From Cyanophyceae cyanobacterium (GTDB taxonomy: Bacteria; Cyanobacteriota; Cyanobacteriia; Cyanobacteriales; Laspinemataceae): DNA of 64,000 nt. Both the position numbers and the translations under genes were made by a program. Of this stretch, positions 1 to 11,207 are shown in pieces. Location of the stretch: NCBI GenBank assembly GCA_038321985.1, contig JBBQFN010000004.1:1-64000 (forward strand), written 5' to 3'. The notes below the pieces were generated by a model. It had not been told where the DNA came from. It did no database searches and worked only from the letters and a program-made list of their open reading frames with translations. How positions within the stretch are numbered: position 1 is the stretch's first letter; every line of letters begins with the position of its first letter.

Positions 1-177
1 TTTGGAGAGAATGGTAATGCCGCGCTCCCGTTCTAGGTCATTGGAGTCCATGACGCAATCAGGAACCTCTTCCCCTTCGCGGAAGATGCCAGATTGTTTG
101 AGGAGGGCGTCAACGAGGGTGGTTTTACCGTGATCGACGTGAGCGATAATTGCGAGGTTGCGAATGGGAAGACTCAT
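1..177 (-). CDS. typA: Translational GTPase TypA/BipA, 5' part (runs off the window)
   Basis: Manual translation from ATG at 177: [59 protein letters not shown], the typical TypA N-terminus. Confidence 0.93.
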   Translation of the reverse strand, partial: MSLPIRNLAIIAHVDHGKTTLVDALLKQSGIFREGEEVPDCVMDSNDLERERGITILSK

Positions 178-409
178 AAATTGCGTCAGGAATGCGAAAT
201 TGCAGAAAAAAGTAAAGCGGGTAGCATTTATATTTCTTTACAATTCTAGCCTATTTTGATAAGGATTGCAGATGCCCTCTTTAAATTTTGGTCTTTTCCG
301 GTTGCTCGTAGCTCAATTTTAATGCCGGTTGGCAGAGATTTGGGATTAAGGGAACCAGACTGATTAGCGATCGCCCCGAGTCCGAGGAACCGTGCGATCG
401 CCGATCATA

Positions 410-1390
410 CTACCTACGCCCTCCATCGGGCATCGTAGTCCGACTCAGTTGTGCCTCGTTGAGATTGGTATTTAATAAATCAGCATTTTCCAAATTAGCC
501 TCTGCCAGACGCGCCCCCGCCAGATTTGCCCCATATAAATTCGCACTGCGGAGGGTGGCTCGTTCCAAACTGGCCCCGGTTAAATTCGCCCCGCGTAAAT
601 CCGCCTGGGATAAATTCGCCCCATCCAGGTAAGTAGGCGATACCTTACAGATGGCCCCCGGACAATGGCGGCCCGTTGGCTCGATCGCCGACAAATTCGC
701 ACCCCGCAAACTCGCCTGTTGCAGATTGGCATCCATCAGGTATGCGCCGCTAAGTTCCGTAAAACTCAAATCCGCAAAACTCAGGTCCGTACCATTGAGC
801 TTGCTGGTGAGTAATCGGGCACCGCGTAGATTGGCCCCGGAGAGGTTCGCCGCGCGAACATTGGCGGTAGACAAATCGGCTTGGGTAAGGTTGGCATTTC
901 TTAAATCTGCCCGAACGAGATTGGCCCCGTTTAAATTCGCTTTATGAAGATTTGCCCCGGTCATAATGGCATCACGCAGGTCCGCTGCCGTGAGTTGAGA
1001 CACCACTAAAGGCGGGTTAACCGACGTAATGCGAGCGCCACGGACTGTAGTGGGAAGGGGGCGTACAAACCTCGCCTCACTCAGATCCGCCCCCGAAAAA
1101 TCGGCCCATCGCAGAATCGTACCGCGTAAATCAGCACCACTGAGATTGGACTCCGTAAGATTAGCCCCCCGCAAGTCTGCCCCCAATAAATTGGCCCCGG
1201 AGAGATTGGCCCCTCGCAAGTCCGCCCCGATCAAGTCGCACCCCATGCATTCATTGCTTCGCAATAACTGGAGTACATGGTCTGGATTAACTCCTAAAAC
1301 CGTTTGGGGAAACGCCAAGGGAAATAATGCCGCAGCAGCAGCGGATAAAAGCGTTGCAGCCAACTGCCTCGGTGCGATCGTCAGTTTCAT
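410..1390 (-). CDS. Pentapeptide repeat protein with signal peptide
   Basis: Many A(D/N)LxG repeats after a C-x-x-C-D-L motif; likely start MKLTIAPRQ followed by a hydrophobic signal. Confidence 0.9.
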   Translation of the reverse strand: MKLTIAPRQLAATLLSAAAAALFPLAFPQTVLGVNPDHVLQLLRSNECMGCDLIGADLRGANLSGANLLGADLRGANLTESNLSGADLRGTILRWADFSGADLSEARFVRPLPTTVRGARITSVNPPLVVSQLTAADLRDAIMTGANLHKANLNGANLVRADLRNANLTQADLSTANVRAANLSGANLRGARLLTSKLNGTDLSFADLSFTELSGAYLMDANLQQASLRGANLSAIEPTGRHCPGAICKVSPTYLDGANLSQADLRGANLTGASLERATLRSANLYGANLAGARLAEANLENADLLNTNLNEAQLSRTTMPDGGRR

Positions 1391-1538
1391 AGTTGTTTTT
1401 TCTCCTGACCTGGTGTGAAATCCCAATCTAGGACTAATTTGAGAGTAGCACTGGCAAGGGCGATCGCCCCTCCCACTCCGCCCCACTCCGGAAAATCCTA
1501 TACTAAAGGAAGATAGGGAACTTCAACGAGGGCAGGAT

Positions 1539-2846
1539 ATGGCTCTAAATCCCACCGTAATGCAAGCCGTGGAAAAGCTGGATTATCGCGTCACAGTCGG
1601 TGACGTGGCAACCAGCGCAGGGCTGCAAGTCAATCTCGCCGAACGAGAATTATTAGCCTTAGCTTCCGAAGCAGGGGGACATTTACAAGTTGCCGACACG
1701 GGAGATATTGTCTATCAATTTCCCAAACAATTTCGCGCCGTTCTGCGAAATAAGCATTTCCGACTTCAGTTACAAGAATGGTGGGAAAAGGTCTGGCGGA
1801 TTCTGTTTTACCTGATCCGGATTTCGTTTGGGATTATCTTAATCCTGTCGATTTTTATTATTTTTGCCAGCATCTTTATTATTCTGACCACCTTAAATAA
1901 AGATAGCAGTAGCAATCGGAGCAGTCGGTCCCGAGGCGGCGGAATGATTTTTTTACCCCGAATGTTTTGGGGTCCAGATTTGTTCTGGTTTTTCAATCCG
2001 AACTATGGTCGGTATCAGCAGCGACGGCGACAAAAAGCGGCTTCCACATCAGGAGAGTCGATGAATTTTTTGGAGTCGGTGTTCTCATTTTTGTTTGGGG
2101 ATGGTAATCCCAATGCGAATTTAGAAGAACGTCGCTGGCAGGCGATCGCTGCCACAATTCGGAATAATCAAGGGGCTGTAGTTGCTGAACAAATTGCTCC
2201 CTACCTGGATGATTTAGGCACAGGATATAGCAACGAGTTTGAAGAGTATATGCTGCCCGTCCTGACTCGATTTAATGGTCGTCCTGAAGTCAGTCCGGAC
2301 GGACAGATTGTCTATCATTTTCCCGAATTGCAGACCACGGTCCAAGAGCGAAACACGCAGTCCGTTCCGGCGTACCTGCGGGAAGTTGCCTGGAAGTTTA
2401 GCGAAGCCTCGTCCAGTCAATTAACCCTAGCAGCCGGATTAGGGGTGGTGAATATTGGCGGGGGAATTTTTCTAGGGTACTTATTGCAAGACGGGGCGAT
2501 CGCCGCCCAGATTGGGGGATTAGTCGCGTTTGTTGCTTCGATTTACTGGCTGTTAATCGCCTATGGTATTGCATTTTTGTCCGTTCCCTTAATCCGTTAT
2601 TTGTGGATTAAAGGACGAAACCGCAAAGTTGAAGCCAGAAACGAAGCCCGACAAAAACAGGCGACTGCTTTAAATCAATCATCAGAAGAGTTACAAAAAA
2701 AACTCGCCTATGCCCAACAATTCGCCGCCCAAAACATTATCGGGAGTGAGGATATTGCTTACAGTACCGAAACCGATTTAATCGAACAAGAAAGCCAAAA
2801 TTCGGCCAAACTCGATGCCGAATGGCGGAAGCGGTTAGAAGGATAA
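1539..2846 (+). CDS. Conserved cyanobacterial/plastid membrane protein (At5g03900-like)
   Basis: N-terminal RVTVGDVA...LLALASEAGGHLQV..GDIVY.FP, the motif FLESVFSFLFGDGNPN, and TM segments. Confidence 0.75.
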   Translation: MALNPTVMQAVEKLDYRVTVGDVATSAGLQVNLAERELLALASEAGGHLQVADTGDIVYQFPKQFRAVLRNKHFRLQLQEWWEKVWRILFYLIRISFGIILILSIFIIFASIFIILTTLNKDSSSNRSSRSRGGGMIFLPRMFWGPDLFWFFNPNYGRYQQRRRQKAASTSGESMNFLESVFSFLFGDGNPNANLEERRWQAIAATIRNNQGAVVAEQIAPYLDDLGTGYSNEFEEYMLPVLTRFNGRPEVSPDGQIVYHFPELQTTVQERNTQSVPAYLREVAWKFSEASSSQLTLAAGLGVVNIGGGIFLGYLLQDGAIAAQIGGLVAFVASIYWLLIAYGIAFLSVPLIRYLWIKGRNRKVEARNEARQKQATALNQSSEELQKKLAYAQQFAAQNIIGSEDIAYSTETDLIEQESQNSAKLDAEWRKRLEG

Positions 2847-2953
2847 AGTATAGCCACATCCAGTCAGGCCTCCTCGCCAGGGGGCCCGACTGGATCCAGC
2901 TTCTACCTGCGCGAATCAGCCTAGGGGAACCTCTTGTTAATTCTGCAAGAGGT

Positions 2954-3184
2954 TTATGCTTCCCCCTCTTGCTTAGGACGTTTGAACGTCAAGAACCCAT
3001 ACCCATAAGCGGGGGTAAAGTTGAGGTTTACCAGTTCCCAACCGGCTTCCCCCATATGATTGGCATATTCATAAAGCGGTTGCTTTTTGTGCTCGTCCCG
3101 CAGTTCTTCTCCGTTGGCACTATGCACGCAGAGGTCACCGGCAAAGTAGTCAACTCGAACGAAGAGGTACTCCCACTTCTGCAA
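2954..3184 (-). CDS. Small DUF4177-like protein (76 aa)
   Basis: TTG start 6 nt after AGGAGG; QKWEYLFV...NHMGEAGWELV...LTFKRP matches the DUF4177 pattern. Confidence 0.65.
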   Translation of the reverse strand: MQKWEYLFVRVDYFAGDLCVHSANGEELRDEHKKQPLYEYANHMGEAGWELVNLNFTPAYGYGFLTFKRPKQEGEA

Positions 3185-3331
3185 AGCGATCCTCCTGTTG
3201 TAGATGGGTGGGCAAAAAATATCTCCCTCTCCCGCCGAACGGGAGACAGAGTAAAGAGTTGCAATTAGACCGTTGCAGAAGAGCTTATCAGTTAGGGGTG
3301 CAACGTGAACCCCCAACTGATCACCAATGGT

Positions 3332-4525
3332 CTACTCTACGCGGATTTTGGCGAGACTAACATTTTGGTAATAGTGGAGCACAATTTGTTGGTAATTCGC
3401 ACCCTGGGAAGCCAAATTATAAGCCCCCCATTGACTTAATCCGATACCATGACCGAATCCCTTACCCTGAATCGTAAATCCATCAGGGATATTCGATACG
3501 CTACTTTTACTAGCCGATGGACCATATTGAGGCATCACTGTAAATCGGGCGCTTCTGAGATTGAGGGCTAGCCGTAATTCTTCACCGTCAATGATGCGCT
3601 GACCTGCATCTCCGATCACGCGGATGGACTGAATCCGTCCGTGAGGGCTGGTGCGTTCAGGTTGCAGTTCCAGGATGTTCCCTACTCCGGAGATGCGGCT
3701 GCTGAGTTGACTCCGGGAAAAGGTTTCCGTCCATTGGTAGACCGGGGACCCGGCATCATAGTCCGGGACCCCACGCAGATAGGGGCGGGGTTCCGTCCAG
3801 ACATCTTCCACATTTTCCGTATGTCCCCCAGAGGCGGAGTGGAAAACGGCTTCAATGGGTTCTCCATTGTAAACCAGGACTTGTCCAGCCGTGGCTTGGA
3901 CTGCCGAGTGAGTGGTATTTGCTTCTTTTTCGACGCCGTTGTAGACCTGCCAGTAGGTATCATCCCCCAGGTCGTAAAGGGAGTTCCCGCGGTTCTGACG
4001 CTGATAGAGGGCATAAGTACGGGCAGCGACGGCTTGAGCTTTGAGGGCTTCCTGGGGCCAACTCGGACTCATTTCGGCACCTAAGACACTGTAGAGATAT
4101 TCTTCAAGGTCCACCTGGTTAATAACGGTGAGTCCTCCGGAAGTCGGAACCAGGACGGTATTGCCGCGATACCAGCGATCGCCAATATAGACAAACCCAT
4201 CTCCACTCGGTTCGATCTCGATTTGGTTGCCTTGCCATCCCTCAACGGCCACGCCGGATCCAGTGCTGCGGGCGATCGATGCCTGCATTCCGTCCAGTTG
4301 TCCTAGGGAACGACCCCCACTATCCCGCACGATCGCAGGGGTGGAACTGCCAATGGTAACTTCGCTGACATCTTCTTGGATGGCGACTCGCAATAATAAG
4401 GCAGCTTGAGCCGGTGCCACCATCATCAGCCACATCAAAGCAATCAGCCACCATTGGCGTCTGCTTTCCCACAGGGGCTTAAGTGGAGACAATAATAGAT
4501 GACTTTTGGTGGGTGCTAGTTTCAT
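3332..4525 (-). CDS. SpoIID/LytB-domain lytic transglycosylase
   Basis: LEEYLYSV..AEM...W..EALKAQAVAARTYA, QVY.G, GFGHGIGLSQWGA; start chosen at MKLAPTK. Confidence 0.92.
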   Translation of the reverse strand: MKLAPTKSHLLLSPLKPLWESRRQWWLIALMWLMMVAPAQAALLLRVAIQEDVSEVTIGSSTPAIVRDSGGRSLGQLDGMQASIARSTGSGVAVEGWQGNQIEIEPSGDGFVYIGDRWYRGNTVLVPTSGGLTVINQVDLEEYLYSVLGAEMSPSWPQEALKAQAVAARTYALYQRQNRGNSLYDLGDDTYWQVYNGVEKEANTTHSAVQATAGQVLVYNGEPIEAVFHSASGGHTENVEDVWTEPRPYLRGVPDYDAGSPVYQWTETFSRSQLSSRISGVGNILELQPERTSPHGRIQSIRVIGDAGQRIIDGEELRLALNLRSARFTVMPQYGPSASKSSVSNIPDGFTIQGKGFGHGIGLSQWGAYNLASQGANYQQIVLHYYQNVSLAKIRVE

Positions 4526-4969
4526 GGTTGGCGATCTCCTCAAACAGGGAATCCTCGGGATAAGTTTAAAATATAGGGATGCAATCAGGTCAAGCGCTTT
4601 TTCAGAACCGAAGCAAAGCGCCGTCAAAGGCCGTAACCCACTATGATACAAGCAATGTAGAGGGACGGGGGACCTAATGCACTCATCCTTTTGGCGGAGT
4701 TTAATCACAATAGTTTTTTAGGGGTCTAGCAGAACCCATGACTCCATCAATATCTCAGCCGCAATATGATACGATAGCGACTTAAAGTTTCGGCGCTCTC
4801 TTCGTGTCTTCCCGGTGAGAACTCCCTTAATTTGGATTTAATGGAAGGGTTTTGATTGAGCCGGTGTAGCCGGATTTCTGTTCCCCCCAGTTGACCCGAG
4901 TTTTCCGCAGTCCGAATGATAAAAATTGCCTAAAATAAGTTATTTTCACAGTTAAAAGAGCGCCTTAAG

Positions 4970-5947
4970 ATGCAGATTACGTTTTTAGGAACCAGTTCCG
5001 GTGTACCCACGCGATCGCGTAACGTATCCAGTTTGGCGGTACGTCTGCCTCAACGGTCAGAGGTGTGGTTATTTGACTGTGGCGAAGGCACCCAACATCA
5101 AATTCTCAGTAGCGAAATCAAAATTAGCCAGATCAGCCGCATTTTTATCACCCATCTTCACGGGGACCATATCTTTGGATTGATGGGTCTGTTGGCAAGC
5201 TGCGGTTTGGCTGGAAATGCCAGTCGCATCGATATTTACGGCCCTACGGGGTTAAATGACTATCTCCAAGCCTGTAGTCGCTACTCCCAAACTCATTTCT
5301 CCTATCCGATTAAGGTCCATCAGACTCGGCCTGGAGTGATCTATGAGGATGATGAGTTTCGGGTCATAAGCGGACGCTTAGAGCATCGGGTAACGGCTTA
5401 TGGCTATCGGGTGGAGGAAAAAGACCGCGCGGGACGGTTTAATGTGGAAAAAGCAGCTCAGTTGGGTATTCCCTCGGGTCCTCTCTACGGCCAACTCAAA
5501 CGCGGCGAAACTGTCACATTGAGCGATGGTCGCCAAATTTCAGGTCAGGAGTTATGTGGACCCACAGAACCCGGCCGAAAAATGGCTTATTGTACGGATA
5601 CGATTTTTTGTGAGGGGGCGGTACAACTGGCGCAAGATGTGGATGTATTGATTCACGAAGCGACTTTTTCCCATCAAGATGCACAGTTGGCGATCGATCG
5701 CCTGCACTCGACCAGTACAATGGCGGCGCAAGTGGCTTTAGCTGCGGGGGTGAAGCGGTTGATTATGACCCACTTCAGCCCCCGGTATGCTCCCGGAAAT
5801 GATATTCAGTTGGAAGATTTGCGCCAGGAAGCCCGGGCAATTTTTCCCAATACCGAGATGGCTTACGATTTCTGGACATACTCCGTGGAACGCCATCGTT
5901 CACCGGAGTTAGAGTCCGTGGGGACTGGGGGCGATCTCAGGTCTTAA
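4970..5947 (+). CDS. rnz: Ribonuclease Z
   Basis: FLGTSSGVPT, FDCGEGTQ, THLHGDH, HEATF, THFSPRY. Confidence 0.96.
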   Translation: MQITFLGTSSGVPTRSRNVSSLAVRLPQRSEVWLFDCGEGTQHQILSSEIKISQISRIFITHLHGDHIFGLMGLLASCGLAGNASRIDIYGPTGLNDYLQACSRYSQTHFSYPIKVHQTRPGVIYEDDEFRVISGRLEHRVTAYGYRVEEKDRAGRFNVEKAAQLGIPSGPLYGQLKRGETVTLSDGRQISGQELCGPTEPGRKMAYCTDTIFCEGAVQLAQDVDVLIHEATFSHQDAQLAIDRLHSTSTMAAQVALAAGVKRLIMTHFSPRYAPGNDIQLEDLRQEARAIFPNTEMAYDFWTYSVERHRSPELESVGTGGDLRS

Positions 5948-5982
5948 AATCAGCTCCATCGCCCGGGTGTTTGTCTAGACCG

Positions 5983-6513
5983 TTATTCTACTAAGGTTTC
6001 CGGAATGGCCGGACATTCGCACTGAGTAAAGTCTTCCGCTGAATGAGTCAAATTCTGATCGGCTACAAAGATAGCGCTGCCGTTGTCTTCCTTGTATTTA
6101 TTCGGTTTAAGAAGGCGATCGCGAATCCCTTCTAAGCGATTGATTGAGTCTACCGGCGATCGCGGTTGGGGAACCTCCAAATTCGGCCATAACGGTAAAT
6201 CCACACAAGGACAACTCTCGGGGGGAGTTCCCCGAGTTTTTGCAGGAACCGGCATAGTACATCGAGAACACAGCATAACTTCCCACTTCGGCGTTAGCAA
6301 CTCAGCGATCGTTTCCTGGGTTCCCTCAACATAACAACTCCCGTTCTTGGCAGAGGTCAGAATTTGCCAACACCTCTCAAATTCTGGGCTATAGCTATTG
6401 TTGTTGTAAATGGGCTGCGGCAGCAATTTGTCGGTACCATTATTAATAACAACCTTTTTGCCTAATTGGAACCAGTAGGCAAGATATTTTTTGACCTGTT
6501 CTTCCGTTGCCAT
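5983..6513 (-). CDS. Conserved cyanobacterial hypothetical protein (Cys-rich)
   Basis: MATEEQVKKYLAYWFQLGKKV; CSRC and CPC.DLP.WPN motifs. Confidence 0.7.
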   Translation of the reverse strand: MATEEQVKKYLAYWFQLGKKVVINNGTDKLLPQPIYNNNSYSPEFERCWQILTSAKNGSCYVEGTQETIAELLTPKWEVMLCSRCTMPVPAKTRGTPPESCPCVDLPLWPNLEVPQPRSPVDSINRLEGIRDRLLKPNKYKEDNGSAIFVADQNLTHSAEDFTQCECPAIPETLVE

Positions 6514-6880
6514 AAATTTTCCTGAAATCTTTTTGCGGGAGTCACAAATCAACCCCATTATGCTGATTTGCAACCATCTTTATCAAACTCAATCAAGGGA
6601 CAAAGAGGCGGCCTTCAAAGAAGCTAGCATGGATTCAGGAATTGCGATCGCCCTGGATAGATTCGCAACCTTGAAGCAATTCCTCCAAGTCGATGCCTTA
6701 CCCTGAGTTTGATCCCAGGCGATCGCCTCCAAAATCTTAGAAAACCTTTGCATGGATCTATTTTAGCTTGCCTTGAGTAGACTCCAAACCGGGACTGGGT
6801 AAAATTATCCCAAAATTTAGACGAGGAAATCCTCTTATCGGGGGTATCTATATTTGATGTGGAATTGATGAGTTTTCCCC

Positions 6881-7450
6881 CTAATCCACCAGGGGTTTAG
6901 GGGGTGGGAGAACGGAACCGACTGCACTCAAGTTAACTGCATGACCTCCAGTAACCAGATAAACGGGGTCGGCGATCGCCCCCAAACGACGGACCAAATC
7001 CCCCAGGCGGTCGCGAAATGTCCGACCCATCGGGTACGCCGGAACCACACCCCATCCCGTCTCTTCTGCCACAAAAATTATGGTTCCCTCCTTCAACCCC
7101 TTCAGACTTTCTATTAATCCTTCCCAGGTTGTCGTCCAGGTTTGCTCGTCTTCTTCCAGCAGATTAGCGACCCAAGTGCCTAACGAATCGACCAAAAAGC
7201 AAGCAGGATTCCCCGAAATAACTCCCTCTTGAATCGCCGCCTTCAGTGCCACCGGAACTTCCCGGGTACTCCAGCTTGCAGAACGTCTTTTGCGGTGGCG
7301 ATCGATTCGCCTTTGCCACTCCCCATCCTCAGCAGCAAGACGGGCTGTTGCAATATAAACGACGGGTTTGCCCGTTTGTTCCGCCAGCATTTCCGCCCAT
7401 TCACTCTTCCCCGATCGCGCCGGTCCCGTGACCAAAATGATTCGTTTCAC
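6881..7450 (-). CDS. cobU: Bifunctional adenosylcobinamide kinase / phosphate guanylyltransferase
   Basis: LVTGPARSGKSEWAE, YIATA, RIDRHRKRR, EETGWGVVP, FRDRLG. Confidence 0.93.
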   Translation of the reverse strand: MKRIILVTGPARSGKSEWAEMLAEQTGKPVVYIATARLAAEDGEWQRRIDRHRKRRSASWSTREVPVALKAAIQEGVISGNPACFLVDSLGTWVANLLEEDEQTWTTTWEGLIESLKGLKEGTIIFVAEETGWGVVPAYPMGRTFRDRLGDLVRRLGAIADPVYLVTGGHAVNLSAVGSVLPPPKPLVD

Positions 7451-7935
7451 AACCCCTTCTCTCCCTAATTTCCTGGGTTCTATAGATTCGGCGTCCGGAT
7501 TTCCCAGGAGAATAACCCTACCTCAGACTCCCGTTACCTTTCCCTCGGTGCCTATCATTTCTTTTGCTAGAGCGGTAAGTTATACTGCGGCAAGGACAGC
7601 CAGTCCATTCCCGATATTTTTACCGAGGTTCAAGGGGGTTGAGATCTGTTAAACAGGGAACTACAGCGTTTAGACTGAGCGGGTATTCTGAATTTTCATC
7701 GTAATTATAGCCTCGCTTTAAAAGCCAAAATCAAAATAAAATCTTAAGACCCTGCTTCCTTTGTCACTGCCTCATTTGAGAAAAAATCAGCAGGATAACT
7801 GATCCGAGGAAATCGAAGGCCCTAGGAACTGGAATCAGGTATTCCTTAGGTAGGGAAACATCAGCTTTGAGTCTACCAGCCCCTGGAAACCTACAACTCA
7901 GTACAGCACCACCACTTGAGCGGAGTAACCCATCT

Positions 7936-8922
7936 ATGCAACAGCCTGATATCTCTGCAATTATTTGTACCCACAATCGAGACACCTATTTGGGCGATGC
8001 GATTGAGAGCTTGCTTCAGCAAGACTTTGGTAATTTTGAAATCCTAGTGGTGGATAACGGATCGAGCGATCGCACCAAAGAGGTCGTTGCCGAACGGCAG
8101 TCGGATCCGCGAGTTAAGTACATTTATGAACCCACCCTGGGGCTGTCCTTCGCCCGCAATACTGGATTTGAGCAGGCCCGCAGTGAAATCCTGGCCTATC
8201 TGGATGATGATGCGATCGCCTCACCCCAGTGGTTGCGAACCCTGTGGAATGCGTATCAGCAAAACGAAAACCTGGCGATCGCTGGGGGTAAAGTCACCTT
8301 AATTTGGCCCGAAGGCGTCCAACCCCCAGTTTGGCTTTCTCCCGGTCTCGCAGAAAACCTAGGTGCCTATGACCTCGGAGACCAAATGACCCTGATTCGT
8401 GAACCGGGCCTAACCCCAAGAGGATTAAATTACTCCATTCGGCGATCATTTCTAGAAAAGGTGGGTGGTTTTGATTTGAACCTCGGTCGCGTGGGCAAAT
8501 CCTTGCTTTCCAACGAAGAATTACACATGACTGAACTGGCACTCAATCAAGGGTGGGAAGTCGCCTATCTACCGTCAGCGATCGCCGCCCACAATGTCGC
8601 CCCAGAACGGTTAAAGCACAGTTGGTTTTTGAGTCGCGGTTGGTGGCAGGGGATTAGCGAGTGTTACCGTGAACAACTCACCGGACGTGCTGGCATTGGA
8701 CAGTTTGCCAACGGGGGAGAAAAATTGGTGCGGGGACTTTATAAATCTTTAAAATATTTTCGGGATCCGGCCTTAAGTTTTGACAACTTAGTGTACGCTT
8801 ACGGTCAGATTGGGTATTTAAATGCAGCCTTACGCGGAATGCTGTTGGGTTTTCCATCTGCCGGCTTGAGATCTACACCTGTGGGGGAGACTCAAAAGAG
8901 CGAGCGGACTGAAACAGGTTAA
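7936..8922 (+). CDS. Glycosyltransferase family 2
   Basis: ISAIICTHNR, VVDNGSSD, GLSFARN, YLDDDA. Confidence 0.92.
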   Translation: MQQPDISAIICTHNRDTYLGDAIESLLQQDFGNFEILVVDNGSSDRTKEVVAERQSDPRVKYIYEPTLGLSFARNTGFEQARSEILAYLDDDAIASPQWLRTLWNAYQQNENLAIAGGKVTLIWPEGVQPPVWLSPGLAENLGAYDLGDQMTLIREPGLTPRGLNYSIRRSFLEKVGGFDLNLGRVGKSLLSNEELHMTELALNQGWEVAYLPSAIAAHNVAPERLKHSWFLSRGWWQGISECYREQLTGRAGIGQFANGGEKLVRGLYKSLKYFRDPALSFDNLVYAYGQIGYLNAALRGMLLGFPSAGLRSTPVGETQKSERTETG

Positions 8923-9152
8923 AAATAAACAGAGGGAATGGGAGGTGGGGAGGTGCCTAGGATGGAGAGAACAACGAGATGCAAACAACTTGTCGAAGGA
9001 TTCAATCGGGGCCAGGGAGGTCAGTCGCAATTTGGGTTAACCCTTACCCTCTACTGTGTACCTAAGTTTTAGAATCCCCCCTTAACCCGTTCGGGTTCAA
9101 AGCCAACCTGTTGTGCACACTGTAAGCTGGCGTTAAGTTAACCGAGATTATC

Positions 9153-10100
9153 ATGGACTCGAACCCATTAAAAATTCCAATTTCTGTTTTAATTCCCGCT
9201 AAAAATGAAGAAGCAAACCTCCCTGCTTGTCTAGCGAGTCTCGAACTTGCAGACGAAGTGTTTTTAGTGGATTCCCAAAGTAGCGATCGCACCATAGAAA
9301 TCGCCGAAAACTGGGGGGCAGAAGTCGTTCAATTCAACTTTAACGGTCGCTGGCCCAAAAAGAAAAATTGGTCCTTAGAAAACCTGCCCTTTCGCAACGA
9401 CTGGGTACTCATCGTCGATTGTGACGAACGTATCCCCCTAGAACTTTGGGAAGAAATGGCCCAAGCCATCCAAAACACCAACTGTGATGGCTACTATCTC
9501 AATCGCAAAGTTTTCTTCCTCGGTAAATGGATTCGTTACGGTGGCAAATATCCCGACTGGAACCTGCGCCTATTTCGGCATCAAAAAGGCCGCTACGAAA
9601 ACTTAAAAACCGAAGACGTCCCCAACACTGGCGATAACGAAGTCCACGAACACGTCATCTTAGAACGTCCGGCAACTTACCTCAAAGCGGACATGATCCA
9701 CGAAGACTTTAGAGACATATATCAATGGTTAGAACGGCATAATCGCTACTCGAATTGGGAAGCGCGGGTTTACTATAACCTCCTCAGTGGAAAAGACGAT
9801 AGTGGCACCATTGGAGCCAACTTTTTTGGCGATGCCGTCCAGCGCAAACGCTTCCTAAAAACCGTTTGGGTGCGCCTCCCCTTCAAACCCCTGCTAAGAT
9901 TTATTTGGTTTTATATCCTTAAACTAGGCTTTTTAGATGGAAAAGCCGGATACATTTATGGACGCCTTTTAAGTCAATATGAATATCAAATCGGAGTCAA
10001 ACTCTTTGAACTCCGCAAATTTGGCGGACAGTTAAATCAAACTTCAGTCCAACCCGCTTCCGAATCGCCAACCCTTCCAGAAATCAAAGAATCAGCCTAA
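9153..10100 (+). CDS. Glycosyltransferase family 2
   Basis: ISVLIPAKNEE, VDSQSSDRT, WVLIVDCDE, VHEH. Confidence 0.92.
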   Translation: MDSNPLKIPISVLIPAKNEEANLPACLASLELADEVFLVDSQSSDRTIEIAENWGAEVVQFNFNGRWPKKKNWSLENLPFRNDWVLIVDCDERIPLELWEEMAQAIQNTNCDGYYLNRKVFFLGKWIRYGGKYPDWNLRLFRHQKGRYENLKTEDVPNTGDNEVHEHVILERPATYLKADMIHEDFRDIYQWLERHNRYSNWEARVYYNLLSGKDDSGTIGANFFGDAVQRKRFLKTVWVRLPFKPLLRFIWFYILKLGFLDGKAGYIYGRLLSQYEYQIGVKLFELRKFGGQLNQTSVQPASESPTLPEIKESA

Positions 10101-10103
10101 ACC

Positions 10104-10166
10104 TAACCACAGATTACACAGATTACACAGAAAAAAATCCGTGAAAATCTGTGTAATCTGTGGTTA
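10104..10166. repeat. Palindromic intergenic repeat
   Basis: taaccacagattacacagatt...aatctgtgtaatctgtggtta, a long inverted repeat. Confidence 0.75.
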
Positions 10167-10180
10167 ATTTTCTCCCATAA

Positions 10181-10216
10181 TAAAGAGGGAGATAGCAAGT
10201 GCTACCTCCCTCTTTA
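10181..10216. terminator. Hairpin between convergent GT2 and DUF1517 genes (probable terminator)
   Basis: taaagagggagatagca...tgctacctccctcttta inverted repeat. Confidence 0.6.
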
Positions 10217-10241
10217 AACTCAACTGCTCAAAACAGTGAGC

Positions 10242-11207
10242 TTATACTAAGTGTAAGTTCGGATAGTACGCCATCATATCATCGGTGGTGAGAGTATCTC
10301 CTTTGGCTTGTGGAGTCCAGAGGACCTCGAAGGCTAACAATTGTTCGCTACCAATGCCGCCAATTTGACTTAAGGCTTGACGCATTTGGTCAGACCCGTT
10401 AATCGTGGGGAGTTGCAGATTCCCTAATGTTCCGACAACTAGGGTAACCACGATATATTCACTGGGTGCTTCCGTTTCGGTTTTCACCAGTTCGCCATTT
10501 TCATCCATTGGCAAAGCCTTGGTGGCATTGCCGTCGCGTAACTGGTTATTAACATTGGAAAGGGTTTCTTCTTGGACTTTAGACCGTTCCGTGAGGGCAA
10601 GTTGGTTAAATTTGGCTTCAGCCAAGGCTAAGCGGGTTTTTTCCGATTGGGTGGCACCGTAAACCCAGTATTCGGGATGACGTAATAAGGCGAGGCTGAC
10701 TTCTTGCAGGACTTGGGCACGACCCTCGGCAGACCCAGTATTGGCCAAGAGGGCAAGTTTGTCCAGTTCCTGTTGTAGTTCCCGCGCTTCGGCTAGGAGT
10801 CCAACTTGGACTTGACCGATCGCCACGGTGGGATTGTTGGTGTATTCAGCAGTTTCTTCACTACCGACACGGCGAAAGGCTTGCATCAGGAAGTTGGCGA
10901 TCGCCACGACAATCAAGATGCTGAACAGTCCACCAAAACCTCCCCCAAAGCCGAAGAACGGCAGCAAGAAGGGAAATCCAAATCCACCACCCCGGGGGTA
11001 ATATCCACCGCCTCCAGGGGGCTGATAAGTGCGAGTAGGGTTTGAATAGGAGCGAGAGGGTGCACGGAATGATCCGCCCCCAATTCGCCCTCCCGAACGA
11101 GCGGCTAAGGCTCCATCGGCACTACCGAGGACCAAGACAACTACCAAGGCGATCGCCAGGAGGGGTTTGAAAAAGGGTTTAATTGCTGAAAGCAGTTTTC
11201 TATACAT
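10242..11207 (-). CDS. DUF1517 domain protein (FLAP1-like)
   Basis: Signal peptide + ARSGGRIGGGSFR, Gly-rich TM region, LALLRHPEYW, EVLWTPQ..GDTL. Confidence 0.88.
   Translation of the reverse strand: MYRKLLSAIKPFFKPLLAIALVVVLVLGSADGALAARSGGRIGGGSFRAPSRSYSNPTRTYQPPGGGGYYPRGGGFGFPFLLPFFGFGGGFGGLFSILIVVAIANFLMQAFRRVGSEETAEYTNNPTVAIGQVQVGLLAEARELQQELDKLALLANTGSAEGRAQVLQEVSLALLRHPEYWVYGATQSEKTRLALAEAKFNQLALTERSKVQEETLSNVNNQLRDGNATKALPMDENGELVKTETEAPSEYIVVTLVVGTLGNLQLPTINGSDQMRQALSQIGGIGSEQLLAFEVLWTPQAKGDTLTTDDMMAYYPNLHLV

Noticed and set aside
7451..7760. Cobalamin riboswitch upstream of cobU
   Set aside because: No convincing B12-box or conserved core found by eye
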